Made by a program: the position numbers and the translations under genes. The notes under the pieces are model-generated. The model did no database searches. It worked only from the letters and a program-made list of their open reading frames with translations, and had not been told where the DNA came from. From the UHGV virus genome UHGV-0352991: a DNA stretch of 40,828 nucleotides; one strand, given 5' to 3'. Source of the DNA: a virus. Of this stretch, positions 1-9,718 are shown piece after piece (positions within the stretch are counted from its first letter, which is position 1; each line of letters starts with the position of its first letter).

Positions 1-15
1 TTCCAAAATCCATAT

Positions 16-357
16 CTATACCTCCTGTTCTGCCGGCTCATATGGTAAAGCCAGACATCTGTTATAAAGATCTTCTCCGGTTCCATTTCCACCCAATGCT
101 TTATATGGCCTGAACATATACTCCAGATTGTCTCTGTCTTCCAAGGTACAATATTTCCTTTTTAAATAAAATGTACATGCCTGGTAAAGACGGTCATGGA
201 GGAGTGCCAGAACTCCTGCGTTAATAGCATTTGTTCTGGCACGATCAGCCTTTAACTGTTTGGATAATTTATGATATGCTCCGGAAAGCAATACAGAGAT
301 GATCCCAAGCACCCATGAAACCCAATGCACAGATATGTACTGCATGATTGATTCCAT
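16..357 (-). CDS. Holin-like membrane protein (single N-terminal TM, LL-H-holin-like architecture)
   Basis: N-terminal hydrophobic helix HWVSWVLGIISVLLSGAY followed by a charged soluble tail. It lies downstream of the tail-fibre genes, where lysis genes usually sit. Confidence 0.35.
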   Translation of the reverse strand: MESIMQYISVHWVSWVLGIISVLLSGAYHKLSKQLKADRARTNAINAGVLALLHDRLYQACTFYLKRKYCTLEDRDNLEYMFRPYKALGGNGTGEDLYNRCLALPYEPAEQEV

Positions 358-360
358 GAC

Positions 361-492
361 TTACTCCTCCGTGATCAGATCTTCGCACTCCAGGTCGATC
401 AAGACCTGCTTTACCTGTGGCTTGATCTTTTCTGGTACCTGTGCGTAGGTTTTCTTTCCCTTAACAATAAGGGTTGCATAAATGATTGCCAT
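361..492 (-). CDS. Small phage protein (43 aa), paralog A of a tandem pair
   Basis: Manually found ORF MAIIYATLIVKGKKTYAQVPEKIKPQVKQVLIDLECEDLITEE. It shares the A-x-LI-x-GKK...VPEKI motif with the next ORF, so is probably XkdX-like. Confidence 0.3.
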   Translation of the reverse strand: MAIIYATLIVKGKKTYAQVPEKIKPQVKQVLIDLECEDLITEE

Positions 493-532
493 AGTCTCCA
501 CCTCCTTCCTCAGTAATAAAAAGAGCAGCAGT

Positions 533-646
533 CTAAGCATTTAATAATTCCTCGACTTCCGCTCTGATTTTCTCTGGTACCTCTTCGATTTTTTTCTTTC
601 CATTACGAATCAGATTTGCATATACTTTTGCCATGTAGCTTGCCAT
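533..646 (-). CDS. Small phage protein (37 aa), paralog B of a tandem pair
   Basis: ORF MASYMAKVYANLIRNGKKKIEEVPEKIRAEVEELLNA preceded by AAGGAGG RBS. It is a paralog of the 361..492 ORF. Confidence 0.35.
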   Translation of the reverse strand: MASYMAKVYANLIRNGKKKIEEVPEKIRAEVEELLNA

Positions 647-648
647 GA

Positions 649-1023
649 TTAAGCCTCCTTTGTGGTTGTAGTGGTTTGGGTTGCTTCGTAAAGTTCAGTC
701 AATGCTAACTGGGTGTTAGTGACTTCATCTTCCAGTGCCAGATTAGCTTCATACTGCTCGGTAAGAGCTAACTGGGCTTCGGTGAGCTGGTTTTCCAAAT
801 CTGTTACCCGGTTCTGTAATTTTCCAATATCTGACTCTGGTAAGTAAGTGAATACCGGCTTTGGATCGTCTGGATTTGTAACATCAATACGTTCCAGCTG
901 ACCTCCGTCCGGTATGTCCACAAATAATGCCAGAAGCCCCTGTGGAACCTGGTCTTCCCCATAAAAAATTGACCATATTTTTCCGGTTGCATCATAAATT
1001 ACTAATGCTTTCATTTTCATCAC
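649..1023 (-). CDS. Tail-fibre-associated protein with C-terminal coiled coil / heptad repeats
   Basis: The ORF lies in the tail-fibre gene block. The C-terminus carries repeated LxxQLALTE heptad-like motifs. Confidence 0.45.
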   Translation of the reverse strand: MMKMKALVIYDATGKIWSIFYGEDQVPQGLLALFVDIPDGGQLERIDVTNPDDPKPVFTYLPESDIGKLQNRVTDLENQLTEAQLALTEQYEANLALEDEVTNTQLALTELYEATQTTTTTKEA

Positions 1024-1038
1024 CTCTTTTATGTAGTT

Positions 1039-1242
1039 TTATGGCACGAATATACTGTTACTTCTTGACGTAAACTCTACGATATACGCTTTTTTACCTA
1101 TAATATTATCTGGATTAAGAAGATTATGCTGTTCAGTTACTTTTACTGCAAAACCTTCATTTCTGATTTTATCTGTAAAAGCCATACCAAGCGCTACGTC
1201 CCCTTCGCCAATGAATACTCCTCTTCCACTTATTTCAAACAT
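1039..1242 (-). CDS. Hypothetical small tail-region protein
   Basis: Track ORF 1039..1308 trimmed to the internal start MFEISG, which is preceded by GGGGGTGTG RBS. The longer form overlaps the upstream gene by 50 nt. Confidence 0.35.
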   Translation of the reverse strand: MFEISGRGVFIGEGDVALGMAFTDKIRNEGFAVKVTEQHNLLNPDNIIGKKAYIVEFTSRSNSIFVP

Positions 1243-1258
1243 TTTTTCACACCCCCAC

Positions 1259-1957
1259 TTAGTAATATCCACCGACACAGCCATCCATCGTATAACCTGT
1301 AGTTCCACATGGTAAATACAGATTCGTACCGTTTACAAGTGCAGTGTTACTGATAATATCATACATTGAACTGCCTGCATGAGTTCTAAAAGTCCCATAA
1401 TTATCCATAATCCCATTGTAAGATGGTGCTTGGTAGCACACATAACCATATGCTTTAGGATAAAACCCCACATTCAGATTTAGTGGGTAGAGTGATACTG
1501 AATTATTCGGATAGTAAGTATATGTTTTTCTATTACCACTTGGACCGCTAGCAAAAGATGCATATCCATATTTTCTTACATTTCCTGCCACACCAAAAAT
1601 GGATTTACCATTCAAAATATTCCCCGCAACCAGATTCCCATCACCTTTAATAATGATATCACCCGTCATTTTCTTGCCGCTACACGAAACGGTCTGCTGA
1701 GCTGCCTTAGGCGTATAAGTCCCACCGCCCATCGTACCCATGGTGCCGGTCTGCTTGCTTTTGGGATTAGTTGTATAGAAAGTTTTACCTGACAACACAT
1801 CACTGGCTCCAGCATCGCCACTGAGGGTTAGTGTACCTGTTAAAGGATTGCCATCCTTATCTACGATCACTTTCCCAGATAAGATATCATCTGCTTCAGC
1901 TGTGATCACATCTAAATCGGCACCTCCGCCTCCGCCAGTCATTAATATTCTTCCCAT
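1259..1957 (-). CDS. Gly-rich tail fibre / receptor-binding-like protein
   Basis: N-terminal GGGGGADLD followed by a Gly-rich beta-like repeat composition. It lies distal to the tape-measure and hub genes. Confidence 0.5.
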   Translation of the reverse strand: MGRILMTGGGGGADLDVITAEADDILSGKVIVDKDGNPLTGTLTLSGDAGASDVLSGKTFYTTNPKSKQTGTMGTMGGGTYTPKAAQQTVSCSGKKMTGDIIIKGDGNLVAGNILNGKSIFGVAGNVRKYGYASFASGPSGNRKTYTYYPNNSVSLYPLNLNVGFYPKAYGYVCYQAPSYNGIMDNYGTFRTHAGSSMYDIISNTALVNGTNLYLPCGTTGYTMDGCVGGYY

Positions 1958-1959
1958 TG

Positions 1960-2409
1960 CTACACTCCTTTTAGCCCGATCATAATGTCAGTTTCCGGCT
2001 TTTTGTAAACCTTAAAAGTCACGCTGCCGGCTGCCGTTGTCCCCGTACCAGAAGCGATGATACCAAAAGCTTTCATATATGCCTTCTGGGTTTCTGCAGG
2101 AGCCCCATCTTCCAGCAGACTTACAAAGATGGGATTATCTTCTGCTGTAACACCTTCTACCTCAACTGTCTGGCTATATGGGGCTGCATCTCCCGTCCAG
2201 CCGCTTGCTGTAAGTGTTACATTAGCAGGTTCACCATTTATACGGTTGATAGCTTTGTTTGTGGAATTGATATCGTTTGCTCCAAAGGGATCCCCTTCCT
2301 GCGTATAGACTGTTTCATCTGTAATACCGGAAGTCCCATCGGCATTCGATGTGATCTTATATTTCCGTGCGCCATCATACATGGCATCTTTATAATCCGT
2401 TTTTAACAT
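1960..2409 (-). CDS. Tail fibre / baseplate-associated protein
   Basis: The ORF is in the tail-fibre block and is translationally coupled to its neighbours. Confidence 0.45.
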   Translation of the reverse strand: MLKTDYKDAMYDGARKYKITSNADGTSGITDETVYTQEGDPFGANDINSTNKAINRINGEPANVTLTASGWTGDAAPYSQTVEVEGVTAEDNPIFVSLLEDGAPAETQKAYMKAFGIIASGTGTTAAGSVTFKVYKKPETDIMIGLKGV

Positions 2410-2804
2410 ATCTCTCCTCCGTTTAGGGTAAATGCAAGCTTACGCCTCCCTGTGATCCGGCTCTGGATATTACTGTACATCAGTCTGCAGGCCTCTTCGA
2501 TACGGTTCAGTTCCTTCCAGTCAATAAAAGGCTGGTTCTCGTAAAACGTCTTCCGTTCACCTACATTAAAAGGGAACACACCTACACAGATATGTTCCAC
2601 ATTGGCTTCAAACCGGTTGATCTCATCTGCATAAAAGCCATAATCCGTATAGGCTTTATCCCCGCCCATATCTTCAAACGTAAAATCCGGCCACAGGATA
2701 AGCGCCTGCCGCCGGATCTCATTCAGATTTCCTTTTATGCGGTTATAATCCTTGATATTAAAATAATCACTGGCCTGCCAGTCTGTTTTTGGCTGTTGCC
2801 ACAT
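2403..2804 (-). CDS. Tail-associated protein
   Basis: The ORF overlaps both flanking tail genes on the same strand. Confidence 0.45.
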   Translation of the reverse strand: MWQQPKTDWQASDYFNIKDYNRIKGNLNEIRRQALILWPDFTFEDMGGDKAYTDYGFYADEINRFEANVEHICVGVFPFNVGERKTFYENQPFIDWKELNRIEEACRLMYSNIQSRITGRRKLAFTLNGGEIC

Positions 2805-4998
2805 TGCTCATATCCCTCCTTGCCTTTATGGTGCCGGACAATGCCCCATTAAACTTCAATGTATGTTCATATATCCGCAACAGCAGATCCGGAACGTATT
2901 TATTTTCCAGGAATACAATATCATTTGCATCAATACGCGGTTCTCCACGATATTCCAGATCATATTCCCGGTCAGAACGCAGATAATCTCCGATCCATTC
3001 AGCAAGATCTGCTGCATGATTTGACGTAGATACAAGCGGATTTTCCCACGTTTCAACAGTTCCTGTGGGATTTAACTGTCTGGTCACAAGCGCCTGTGTT
3101 ACATTGTATTCATATCCATTTATGGTCACTTCCGTATCTGCTCCACCGTCAACCTCTACCGTAACGTAATATGCGCTGCTATCAATGATCTGGACATTTG
3201 TGCCACCAGCTGCATCTATTTCATAATCATAAGCCGCTGCATTAAGATAAAACGTATGCCTGGTTTCGTCTGCCGGGACAGCCTCCCTGACTAATTGTCT
3301 CTTTTCAGTCCCTGATGTATAAATTGTCCTGGTCATCTGCAACTCTCTGACTCTTGATAACTGTGTACCCTTTGGCGTCTTAGTAAGCTCCTTGCCGTAA
3401 GACAGTTCATAATCAGTACTGTCCCCAAATGTGATCTGTTTCAGGTTTACCCTGTTAAACGGTACTCCCTTTAAAAATTCAAGCTGCAGCTTATCAAATT
3501 CCGGGAATTCATGATTGACCACAGTAACTTCAGAAAGAGAAGATATTTTATACTCTTCCACCAGTTCCTCTCCCAAATAGGAACGGAATACCATACCAGA
3601 CGGATGATTACCTCCAAATTCCAATGTAAGGCCAAAGCACTTGTACCGCGCTTCCAGAACGATAGTCACCAATGAATCTTCTGTAAATGCCCCATCTTCA
3701 TCAGCTACTGCTTCCGATACATATCCCACATCCAGATAGTTTTTATCCTGATATGGTAAAAAGAACTGTACAGCTGATGCTTCTGTATGATCCTTTTCCG
3801 GTGTGGCATAAGTGCTTTTTTCTGTTGCATCCAGTACTGAAGCCGTATTAGAAAAGTAAGTTTCATTTGCTGAACTTGCCTGCATGTCCGGTATAAAACT
3901 GGACTTCATAAATATATTTCCGTTCCGGTCCTGGTAAAGAATACAGCGTCCGGCATTTGCGATCAGCTGCAGTGCTTCTTTATGGGATACTACTGGCATT
4001 GGATTATAAACCATAACATCTTTTAGATAATTATCAAGCCAATAGGTACGGCTGTCTATTCCGGCATCGCCAAAGACATCAACTGCAAGATCATACAGGC
4101 TTATTCCATCAGGATAATATTTTCCGCAGCGGTAAGTTCCGTCCATGCCATCAAAACGATCTGTAGCAGTAAAACTCATTTCTTCATCATCTGCAGACCA
4201 TTCCCGCAGATATACCGTGGTACCGGGCATCCACTCCACATTTCCATCATCCAGCTCCTGACCGTAAATTACATTGATCTCCTGGCCATTTTCCAGGAAA
4301 TTTACCGTACTCTCTTCATTTTCAATGTCATATGCACGGTTTTTATTATCAATGGTTATGTTCAGATCAATGGATGGCAGATCTTCCATAACAGGACTGA
4401 TCCGCTCTTTCTTTGTGGCTGACAATATCTTCTGGTTATCAAAGTAGATGCCGATCCCCATCGTGATACGGTGGATCCGCAGCCGGCTTTGCCCATTGAC
4501 CATATCCTTTGGCACAAACCGGAGAAATGTTGCACCAGGAAAGATCTCTTCCGTCACAAAATGCCCTGTATCATTCCCTGTGATCTCAACCGTATGTTCA
4601 TCTGATACAATGGAAAAATCCACAGGATACGCTTTGCCAAATTCTACTGTGAGACCTTTTATATCGTGCTGTACCGGAAAACAGATCTCAACCTCACCTA
4701 AAAGATCATCTGTAACGATCCCCTGGTTAAGGACTGCATCCTGACGTTCCCTTGGCAAAAAATACATACTCCCATCTACGGTACTGTAATCCTGGTCACA
4801 GGTTTCATACAGTTCCGAAACCTCATAGTTGTTGAGTGGCCAGGTCAGATTGCTATAATAAGCATATTTCTCCTGGTCAGGTATATAAGCAGATGCCTGG
4901 GCCTCCTGATTGATCAGGCCAATACTGACGCGCATATAGGAATGATCACGATACTGCTTTTTCATTTCCTGTTTATATGCATTGCTTACAGCTTGCAT
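2767..4998 (-). CDS. Large tail structural protein (tail tip / hub-like, 743 aa)
   Basis: A large ORF two genes downstream of the tape measure, which is the typical position of a tail tip or tail-associated protein. Confidence 0.6.
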   Translation of the reverse strand: MQAVSNAYKQEMKKQYRDHSYMRVSIGLINQEAQASAYIPDQEKYAYYSNLTWPLNNYEVSELYETCDQDYSTVDGSMYFLPRERQDAVLNQGIVTDDLLGEVEICFPVQHDIKGLTVEFGKAYPVDFSIVSDEHTVEITGNDTGHFVTEEIFPGATFLRFVPKDMVNGQSRLRIHRITMGIGIYFDNQKILSATKKERISPVMEDLPSIDLNITIDNKNRAYDIENEESTVNFLENGQEINVIYGQELDDGNVEWMPGTTVYLREWSADDEEMSFTATDRFDGMDGTYRCGKYYPDGISLYDLAVDVFGDAGIDSRTYWLDNYLKDVMVYNPMPVVSHKEALQLIANAGRCILYQDRNGNIFMKSSFIPDMQASSANETYFSNTASVLDATEKSTYATPEKDHTEASAVQFFLPYQDKNYLDVGYVSEAVADEDGAFTEDSLVTIVLEARYKCFGLTLEFGGNHPSGMVFRSYLGEELVEEYKISSLSEVTVVNHEFPEFDKLQLEFLKGVPFNRVNLKQITFGDSTDYELSYGKELTKTPKGTQLSRVRELQMTRTIYTSGTEKRQLVREAVPADETRHTFYLNAAAYDYEIDAAGGTNVQIIDSSAYYVTVEVDGGADTEVTINGYEYNVTQALVTRQLNPTGTVETWENPLVSTSNHAADLAEWIGDYLRSDREYDLEYRGEPRIDANDIVFLENKYVPDLLLRIYEHTLKFNGALSGTIKARRDMSNVATAKNRLAGQ

Positions 4999-5375
4999 TA
5001 TTCTATCACCCCGCAGTCTATGATGTTGACCTTACAGTCCCGGTACTTTGTAGGAAGCCCTGATCCATTAAATTCGACCGGCGTGGCTGTACGGTTTCCC
5101 GGATACATGCGGATCGTCTGGAAACGATTGTTTACCATATCCGGGATCCGGGCGGTAACTACAAATTTGTCAAATTCCTGCAACATAGCTGACCAGGTAG
5201 CTGCGTCCAGGAATTTCCACTGCAATGCATCGAATTTATACTGATCCCTGCCAACCTTCTGTCCAACAAATTCGCCATTTGCGTTTTTTCCGGAGCTGAC
5301 ATTGGTTGCGACCACAAGATTACCACCTACATCAGGAGCCGGGAACTCCCGGCCATTGATCGTTATTACTGCCAT
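4998..5375 (-). CDS. Minor tail protein (125 aa) immediately after the tape measure
   Basis: Its position mirrors lambda gpM-like or distal tail proteins. It is translationally coupled to its neighbours. Confidence 0.5.
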   Translation of the reverse strand: MAVITINGREFPAPDVGGNLVVATNVSSGKNANGEFVGQKVGRDQYKFDALQWKFLDAATWSAMLQEFDKFVVTARIPDMVNNRFQTIRMYPGNRTATPVEFNGSGLPTKYRDCKVNIIDCGVIE

Positions 5376-5389
5376 TTGTTGCCGCCTCC

Positions 5390-8300
5390 TTACGTTGTTC
5401 TTAACGTGTAACCGCTTCTCTTTTCCAGATCCGTCAGTTTCTTCTTTACATCACGGATATCAATGCTCACTGTCAGGTCCATGGCTTCGATCAGGTCCAC
5501 AATGCGCTCTAAGAGTTCCTGGATGCGCGCGATACGTGAATCATCCATACCGGTACCATTCTGTGATAATGCCACAGCACGGCTTACCAGGTTCATAAGC
5601 CTGTCATCATCATTTTCATAAACAGCTGCACGGCCTGTTACTGCCAGCGGCGGTGCTGCATTACCTGCTACACTTGACATCATGGATACAAGCGGAGCCA
5701 TGCAGGAACACATGCCGTTCTGGACTGCCTGGGTAATGCCCTGGGTGATCTGCTGGTTATTGGCAACTGCAGCACGGCCGCCCCAGCTTCCAACCATCTC
5801 CGGGATACCGTCTTCACGGGCGATAAACATCTGACCAGATTTAGGGAAGCCACCGGAAGCATGACCTGATACCGGTGAATTGGTACCATAATCCCAATCA
5901 TCACTGTCATCTGCTTCCTCATCATCTTCTGCATCTTCTTTAGCACTCTTGAAAATACTCTTTGCACCTTCTACAATGCCATCCCAGACACCACCGACAA
6001 AATCAGCACAGCCCTGTAGCCATCCGGCAATGGAACCCCAGACGGATTTTAAGCCGTCCCAGAGTTTGTTCATGATGCTCTTTCCGACCTCGATCATTGC
6101 ATCCGGTTTAAACACTTCTTTGATCTTTTTCCAGATATCTTCAAACCAATCCTTGATAGCGTTCCATTTTTCTTCAATAGTCCTTTTTACACTGTCCCAG
6201 ATCTCGGAAAGCTTGTCTCTGATCGCTTCGAAAATAGATGTCGCAAGAGCTTTGATCGTATTCCATAGATTAGATGCAAATGCCTTGATCTGGTTCCACT
6301 TAGTTTCCCAGGCTGTTTTTATCAGTTCAAGCGTACTGGATATGAACACCTTAACCGCATCGATGGCATTATTTATTGTCTTTTTAATTGCTTCCCAGGC
6401 TTCGGCTGCAAACTTTTTGACTTCATCCCAATGCTGATACAGAAGAACTCCAGCCGTAATCAGCGCTGTTATAGCAATGATAACAAAACCGATCGGACTG
6501 GTAAGGAATGCAATAGCCGCACCTAAAGCAGTAGTAACCGTTGTTGCGATCGCACATACAGCATTCCAAGCCACTGTAGCTGCAGTCATGGCAATCTGAG
6601 CTGCGGTATCTGCTATCTTTGCTGCTGTATTGATAACAAACTGGGCCGCCTGCTGCACCAGGGCCGCTGTTCCTTGCGCCAGGTTTACTACAAAATCTTT
6701 GGCATACATAGCAACAATAGCGGCTGTCTCCAGCTTATCTGCTATAAGCGCTGCTGTATGTGTTGCAATAGCAGCCGCATTTGCTACAAAACCAGCTACC
6801 ATTCCAGAAAGCATTGATACGACGCCACCAGCATTAATGATGAATTCACCAAGTTTTACAACTTCCCATGCCCCAAAGAAAGCAGCAACAACTCCAATAG
6901 CTCCGTCAAAGCGTGTCTGAGTTTCTGTTATCCAGTCCACAACTGAAGATATCGCTTCTGTAAATGCATCAAATACTGGCTTTGCAACAGTATCATAAGC
7001 TGTATTCAGGCCATCCCATATCTTATCAATTAATTCTTTCAGCTTATCAAATATAGGCTGCAGTTCGTCTAATAGCCCCTGTATCCGTTCTTTGATCTGA
7101 CCAGCATTATCGGTTATAGGCTTTGTTATAACCTGCATCAGATCCCGGACAAATTTACTGCCTAATTTTGTAACTCCCATAAAGGAACTACTGAAAATAC
7201 CTATTATATCAGCTGTGATCTGTTTCGCTGAGTCACTGCGAAATACAGTAAAGATCCCTGCAATGGAACTTGTGAAATTTCCAACTAATGTCGCAATCTC
7301 ACCGCCAATATTAAACATCTGGATCAGATAATCTTTAATACGGTCCTTATTCTGTTCAAGGTACCTGCTGATACCTCCCAGAAGATTATCTGCAATACTC
7401 GCACCGATGCTTGCAATGGAACCTGTAACCTGTCCTAATGACTGGGCCAGTGTATTGGCAAAACCTAAAGCCGCTGTCTGCACATCAGAATCAGTAAAAA
7501 TATTCCCAAGGCTGTCTTTTATGGACTGGATGCTGCTTTGGATCGAATCAAATACAGATGTGTCGCCAAAAGCATCCCAAAAACCACTTGTAAAAGAATC
7601 TTTTAACTGGTTCAGCAGGTCAGCTATCTTCCGCAGCTTACCACTGACTATATCTTCCTGTTCCGGAAGTGTTCCCATATCAAAGTCATCTGCATTGTAG
7701 CCGCCTGCTCCACTACCGCCAGATCCGCTTCCGCTATCTGAACCACTATCCGGGTTTAAGATATTAAGCTCATCAATACCAGTGGTAGCCGTTTTGATAT
7801 CCTTAGCAGCTTTCTTTGCAGCATTCCCAGCACCGGAAGCAGCCGTTCCAGCTTTATCTGCTGCGACAGCTACAGCTTCCATACCAGCTGCAGTTGCGGA
7901 TGCTCCTGAATCTTTACCACCAGACATCAAGGCAAAAAAAGCTTTAAATGCATTCGCCAGGCTGAGTATTTTACCAATGACTGCGTTGATCACCTGGATG
8001 ACCGGGGATAATGCAGCTATAAGCCCCTGTCCTATGGTTGCCTTTAAGCTGTCAAACTGCAGCTGTAAGATACGGGCCTGGTTCGCCCAGCCAGTGGATG
8101 TCCTGGAGAAGTCACCTGCTGCCGTTGTCAGCTGATCCTGTACAAACTTATACCGCAGGGCAACCTTTTCCATTTCCGACATCTTTGCTGTAGTCTTTCC
8201 GAAGCCATTTGCCATAGCATAGCTGTCAAGAGCCGTCTGGGTCATAACAATGCCCAGGTCTTTCAGGCTTTCTGTTTCACCAGTGAATACAGACTTTAAC

Positions 8301-8881
8301 TTCGTGTATGCCTCATCCTGACTGATGTTGTAGAAAGATGCCACATCTCCGGCAAGACCAGTAAGAGTTGTGGACATGTCATATGCAGCTTTCTCACTGA
8401 AGCCAAATGCCTTTGCCATAGCTCCAAAAGTACCGGTAAACCGCTTTGCCATGGTCTCAGACAATCCAAACTGAATGGCTGCATTCTGGGCAAACTTATC
8501 TACCTGTTTGCTCATCTGGGAAAATGTAACATCAACTACGTTCTGGACTTCTGCCAGATCAGAGCCTAATTCTATACAGGACTTTCCAAAGTCAAATACT
8601 TTTTTGACTGCAAAAGCTCCTGCCAGCATAGCTCCCAGCTTTTTCAGCGTACCGCCTAGGCCTTGAACCTGCACAGCGGCAACTTTTGACTGCCGTCCTA
8701 TGTTACTGACTCCCTTACTGGCAGTCTTGGAAGACTCTTCTCCCTCATGCCCCATCTCTGAGAAAGCCCGTACTAATTTTTTACTGATCAGTTCAGCTGC
8801 TACCTGGGTTACTTCTTCAATCTGCTGTAAATCCAGTGCTACTTCAAACCTGAGCTGTGCATCCGCTGCCATATATATCAC
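5390..8881 (-). CDS. Tail tape measure protein (1163 aa)
   Basis: Very long Ala/Gly-rich alpha-helical ORF with a GSGSGSGGSGAGG linker and hydrophobic segments. It follows the G/T chaperones. The start codon appears to be GTG. Confidence 0.85.
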   Translation of the reverse strand: MIYMAADAQLRFEVALDLQQIEEVTQVAAELISKKLVRAFSEMGHEGEESSKTASKGVSNIGRQSKVAAVQVQGLGGTLKKLGAMLAGAFAVKKVFDFGKSCIELGSDLAEVQNVVDVTFSQMSKQVDKFAQNAAIQFGLSETMAKRFTGTFGAMAKAFGFSEKAAYDMSTTLTGLAGDVASFYNISQDEAYTKLKSVFTGETESLKDLGIVMTQTALDSYAMANGFGKTTAKMSEMEKVALRYKFVQDQLTTAAGDFSRTSTGWANQARILQLQFDSLKATIGQGLIAALSPVIQVINAVIGKILSLANAFKAFFALMSGGKDSGASATAAGMEAVAVAADKAGTAASGAGNAAKKAAKDIKTATTGIDELNILNPDSGSDSGSGSGGSGAGGYNADDFDMGTLPEQEDIVSGKLRKIADLLNQLKDSFTSGFWDAFGDTSVFDSIQSSIQSIKDSLGNIFTDSDVQTAALGFANTLAQSLGQVTGSIASIGASIADNLLGGISRYLEQNKDRIKDYLIQMFNIGGEIATLVGNFTSSIAGIFTVFRSDSAKQITADIIGIFSSSFMGVTKLGSKFVRDLMQVITKPITDNAGQIKERIQGLLDELQPIFDKLKELIDKIWDGLNTAYDTVAKPVFDAFTEAISSVVDWITETQTRFDGAIGVVAAFFGAWEVVKLGEFIINAGGVVSMLSGMVAGFVANAAAIATHTAALIADKLETAAIVAMYAKDFVVNLAQGTAALVQQAAQFVINTAAKIADTAAQIAMTAATVAWNAVCAIATTVTTALGAAIAFLTSPIGFVIIAITALITAGVLLYQHWDEVKKFAAEAWEAIKKTINNAIDAVKVFISSTLELIKTAWETKWNQIKAFASNLWNTIKALATSIFEAIRDKLSEIWDSVKRTIEEKWNAIKDWFEDIWKKIKEVFKPDAMIEVGKSIMNKLWDGLKSVWGSIAGWLQGCADFVGGVWDGIVEGAKSIFKSAKEDAEDDEEADDSDDWDYGTNSPVSGHASGGFPKSGQMFIAREDGIPEMVGSWGGRAAVANNQQITQGITQAVQNGMCSCMAPLVSMMSSVAGNAAPPLAVTGRAAVYENDDDRLMNLVSRAVALSQNGTGMDDSRIARIQELLERIVDLIEAMDLTVSIDIRDVKKKLTDLEKRSGYTLRTT

Positions 8882-8920
8882 CTGCCCTTTTCGTTAAGAC
8901 AGGCACATCGGCACAGCGTC

Positions 8921-9127
8921 TTAGATCTTTAACTCAAATATTTTCCTGCATTCCTTATTTTTGCATTTAAAAAAGATGCCCTTGCATTTGGCATCTTCTG
9001 ACTTCATGGCATTGACCGGATACCCGCAATACGGACACCGGACTTTTTCATGCTTTACTTTTTCAATTTCAACCACCTCCGCATAATGCAGCGAACATCC
9101 TTTCCAGACCTTCCATTTCCCTGTCAT
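8921..9127 (-). CDS. Small zinc-ribbon protein (CxxC ... CxxC)
   Basis: Motifs CPYCGYP ... CKNKEC. It has a GGAGG RBS and overlaps the 3' end of the T-frame ORF by about 59 nt. Confidence 0.3.
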   Translation of the reverse strand: MTGKWKVWKGCSLHYAEVVEIEKVKHEKVRCPYCGYPVNAMKSEDAKCKGIFFKCKNKECRKIFELKI

Positions 9128-9419
9128 AAGCCTCCGGAGTCATCTGCTCCATCTGATGTTTACGCCAGCTGTCATAGATCCTTTGCTGATCAATGGTAAA
9201 ATGTTTGATCACATTATCATCTGTTTCAGAACGTATCGCTACCACCCGGCCCAGGGGAGTTTCCGGTCCAAGTCCGGCCAGCAGGGAACGGAACTCATCC
9301 CAGCTGACCGTTTCAAACTCTTTCGTCCTTATACGCAACCCGTACTGCGTCATGAAACTGGAAATGATCAGGTCCCAGTCTTCAAACAGGTCGTAGTACG
9401 GGTCAGTGCTCTCCCTGGC
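9069..9419 (-). CDS. Tail assembly chaperone T-segment (possible frameshift extension of G)
   Basis: This reading frame is open from 9419, so it overlaps the last five codons of the upstream chaperone ORF. The first ATG is at 9353. Confidence 0.45.
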   Translation of the reverse strand, partial: ARESTDPYYDLFEDWDLIISSFMTQYGLRIRTKEFETVSWDEFRSLLAGLGPETPLGRVVAIRSETDDNVIKHFTIDQQRIYDSWRKHQMEQMTPEAYDREMEGLERMFAALCGGG

Positions 9420-9699
9420 TCACATCTCCTGTAGCAACAGAAACTGCTTCCTGGATAATGATCAACAGATCTGAAAACATAGGTTTCATTTTATCGATTT
9501 CTTTGCGGGACTTTTCTGGAAATATCAGATTGTATGCATCCATAATCTCTTTTGGTCCTGGCTGCTCATTTCCAAACAGCCCCATGACCTTAAGTAAAGT
9601 TGGGGCATCTGCAGCTACCTCAAGTTCTTTATCCCTGATCTTCAGTTTTGGATTTTCGTCAAAACTCAGCTTATCTGTAATATCTACTACTTTAGCCAT
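9403..9699 (-). CDS. Tail assembly chaperone (G-like)
   Basis: A 98-aa acidic protein between the major tail protein and the tape measure. Confidence 0.55.
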   Translation of the reverse strand: MAKVVDITDKLSFDENPKLKIRDKELEVAADAPTLLKVMGLFGNEQPGPKEIMDAYNLIFPEKSRKEIDKMKPMFSDLLIIIQEAVSVATGDVSQGEH

Positions 9700-9718
9700 T
9701 GCTTATATCCTCCTACTT

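Noticed and set aside
1259-4998. Diversity-generating retroelement targeting tail-fibre genes
   Set aside because: There is no reverse-transcriptase gene and no template/variable repeat pair visible anywhere in the window.
5949-6437. Plus-strand ORFs antisense to tape measure, capsid, tail tube and primase genes (e.g. 5949..6437, 9458..10204, 11842..12594, 25978..26991)
   Set aside because: They are antisense shadows of long, well-supported minus-strand genes, with no RBS and repetitive Ala/Ser/Leu composition.
9069-9424. Conventional -1 frameshift joining the G chaperone to the zinc-ribbon frame
   Set aside because: The -1 frame contains a stop at ~9368-9370. Only the +1 frame (the T ORF) is open across the G stop.
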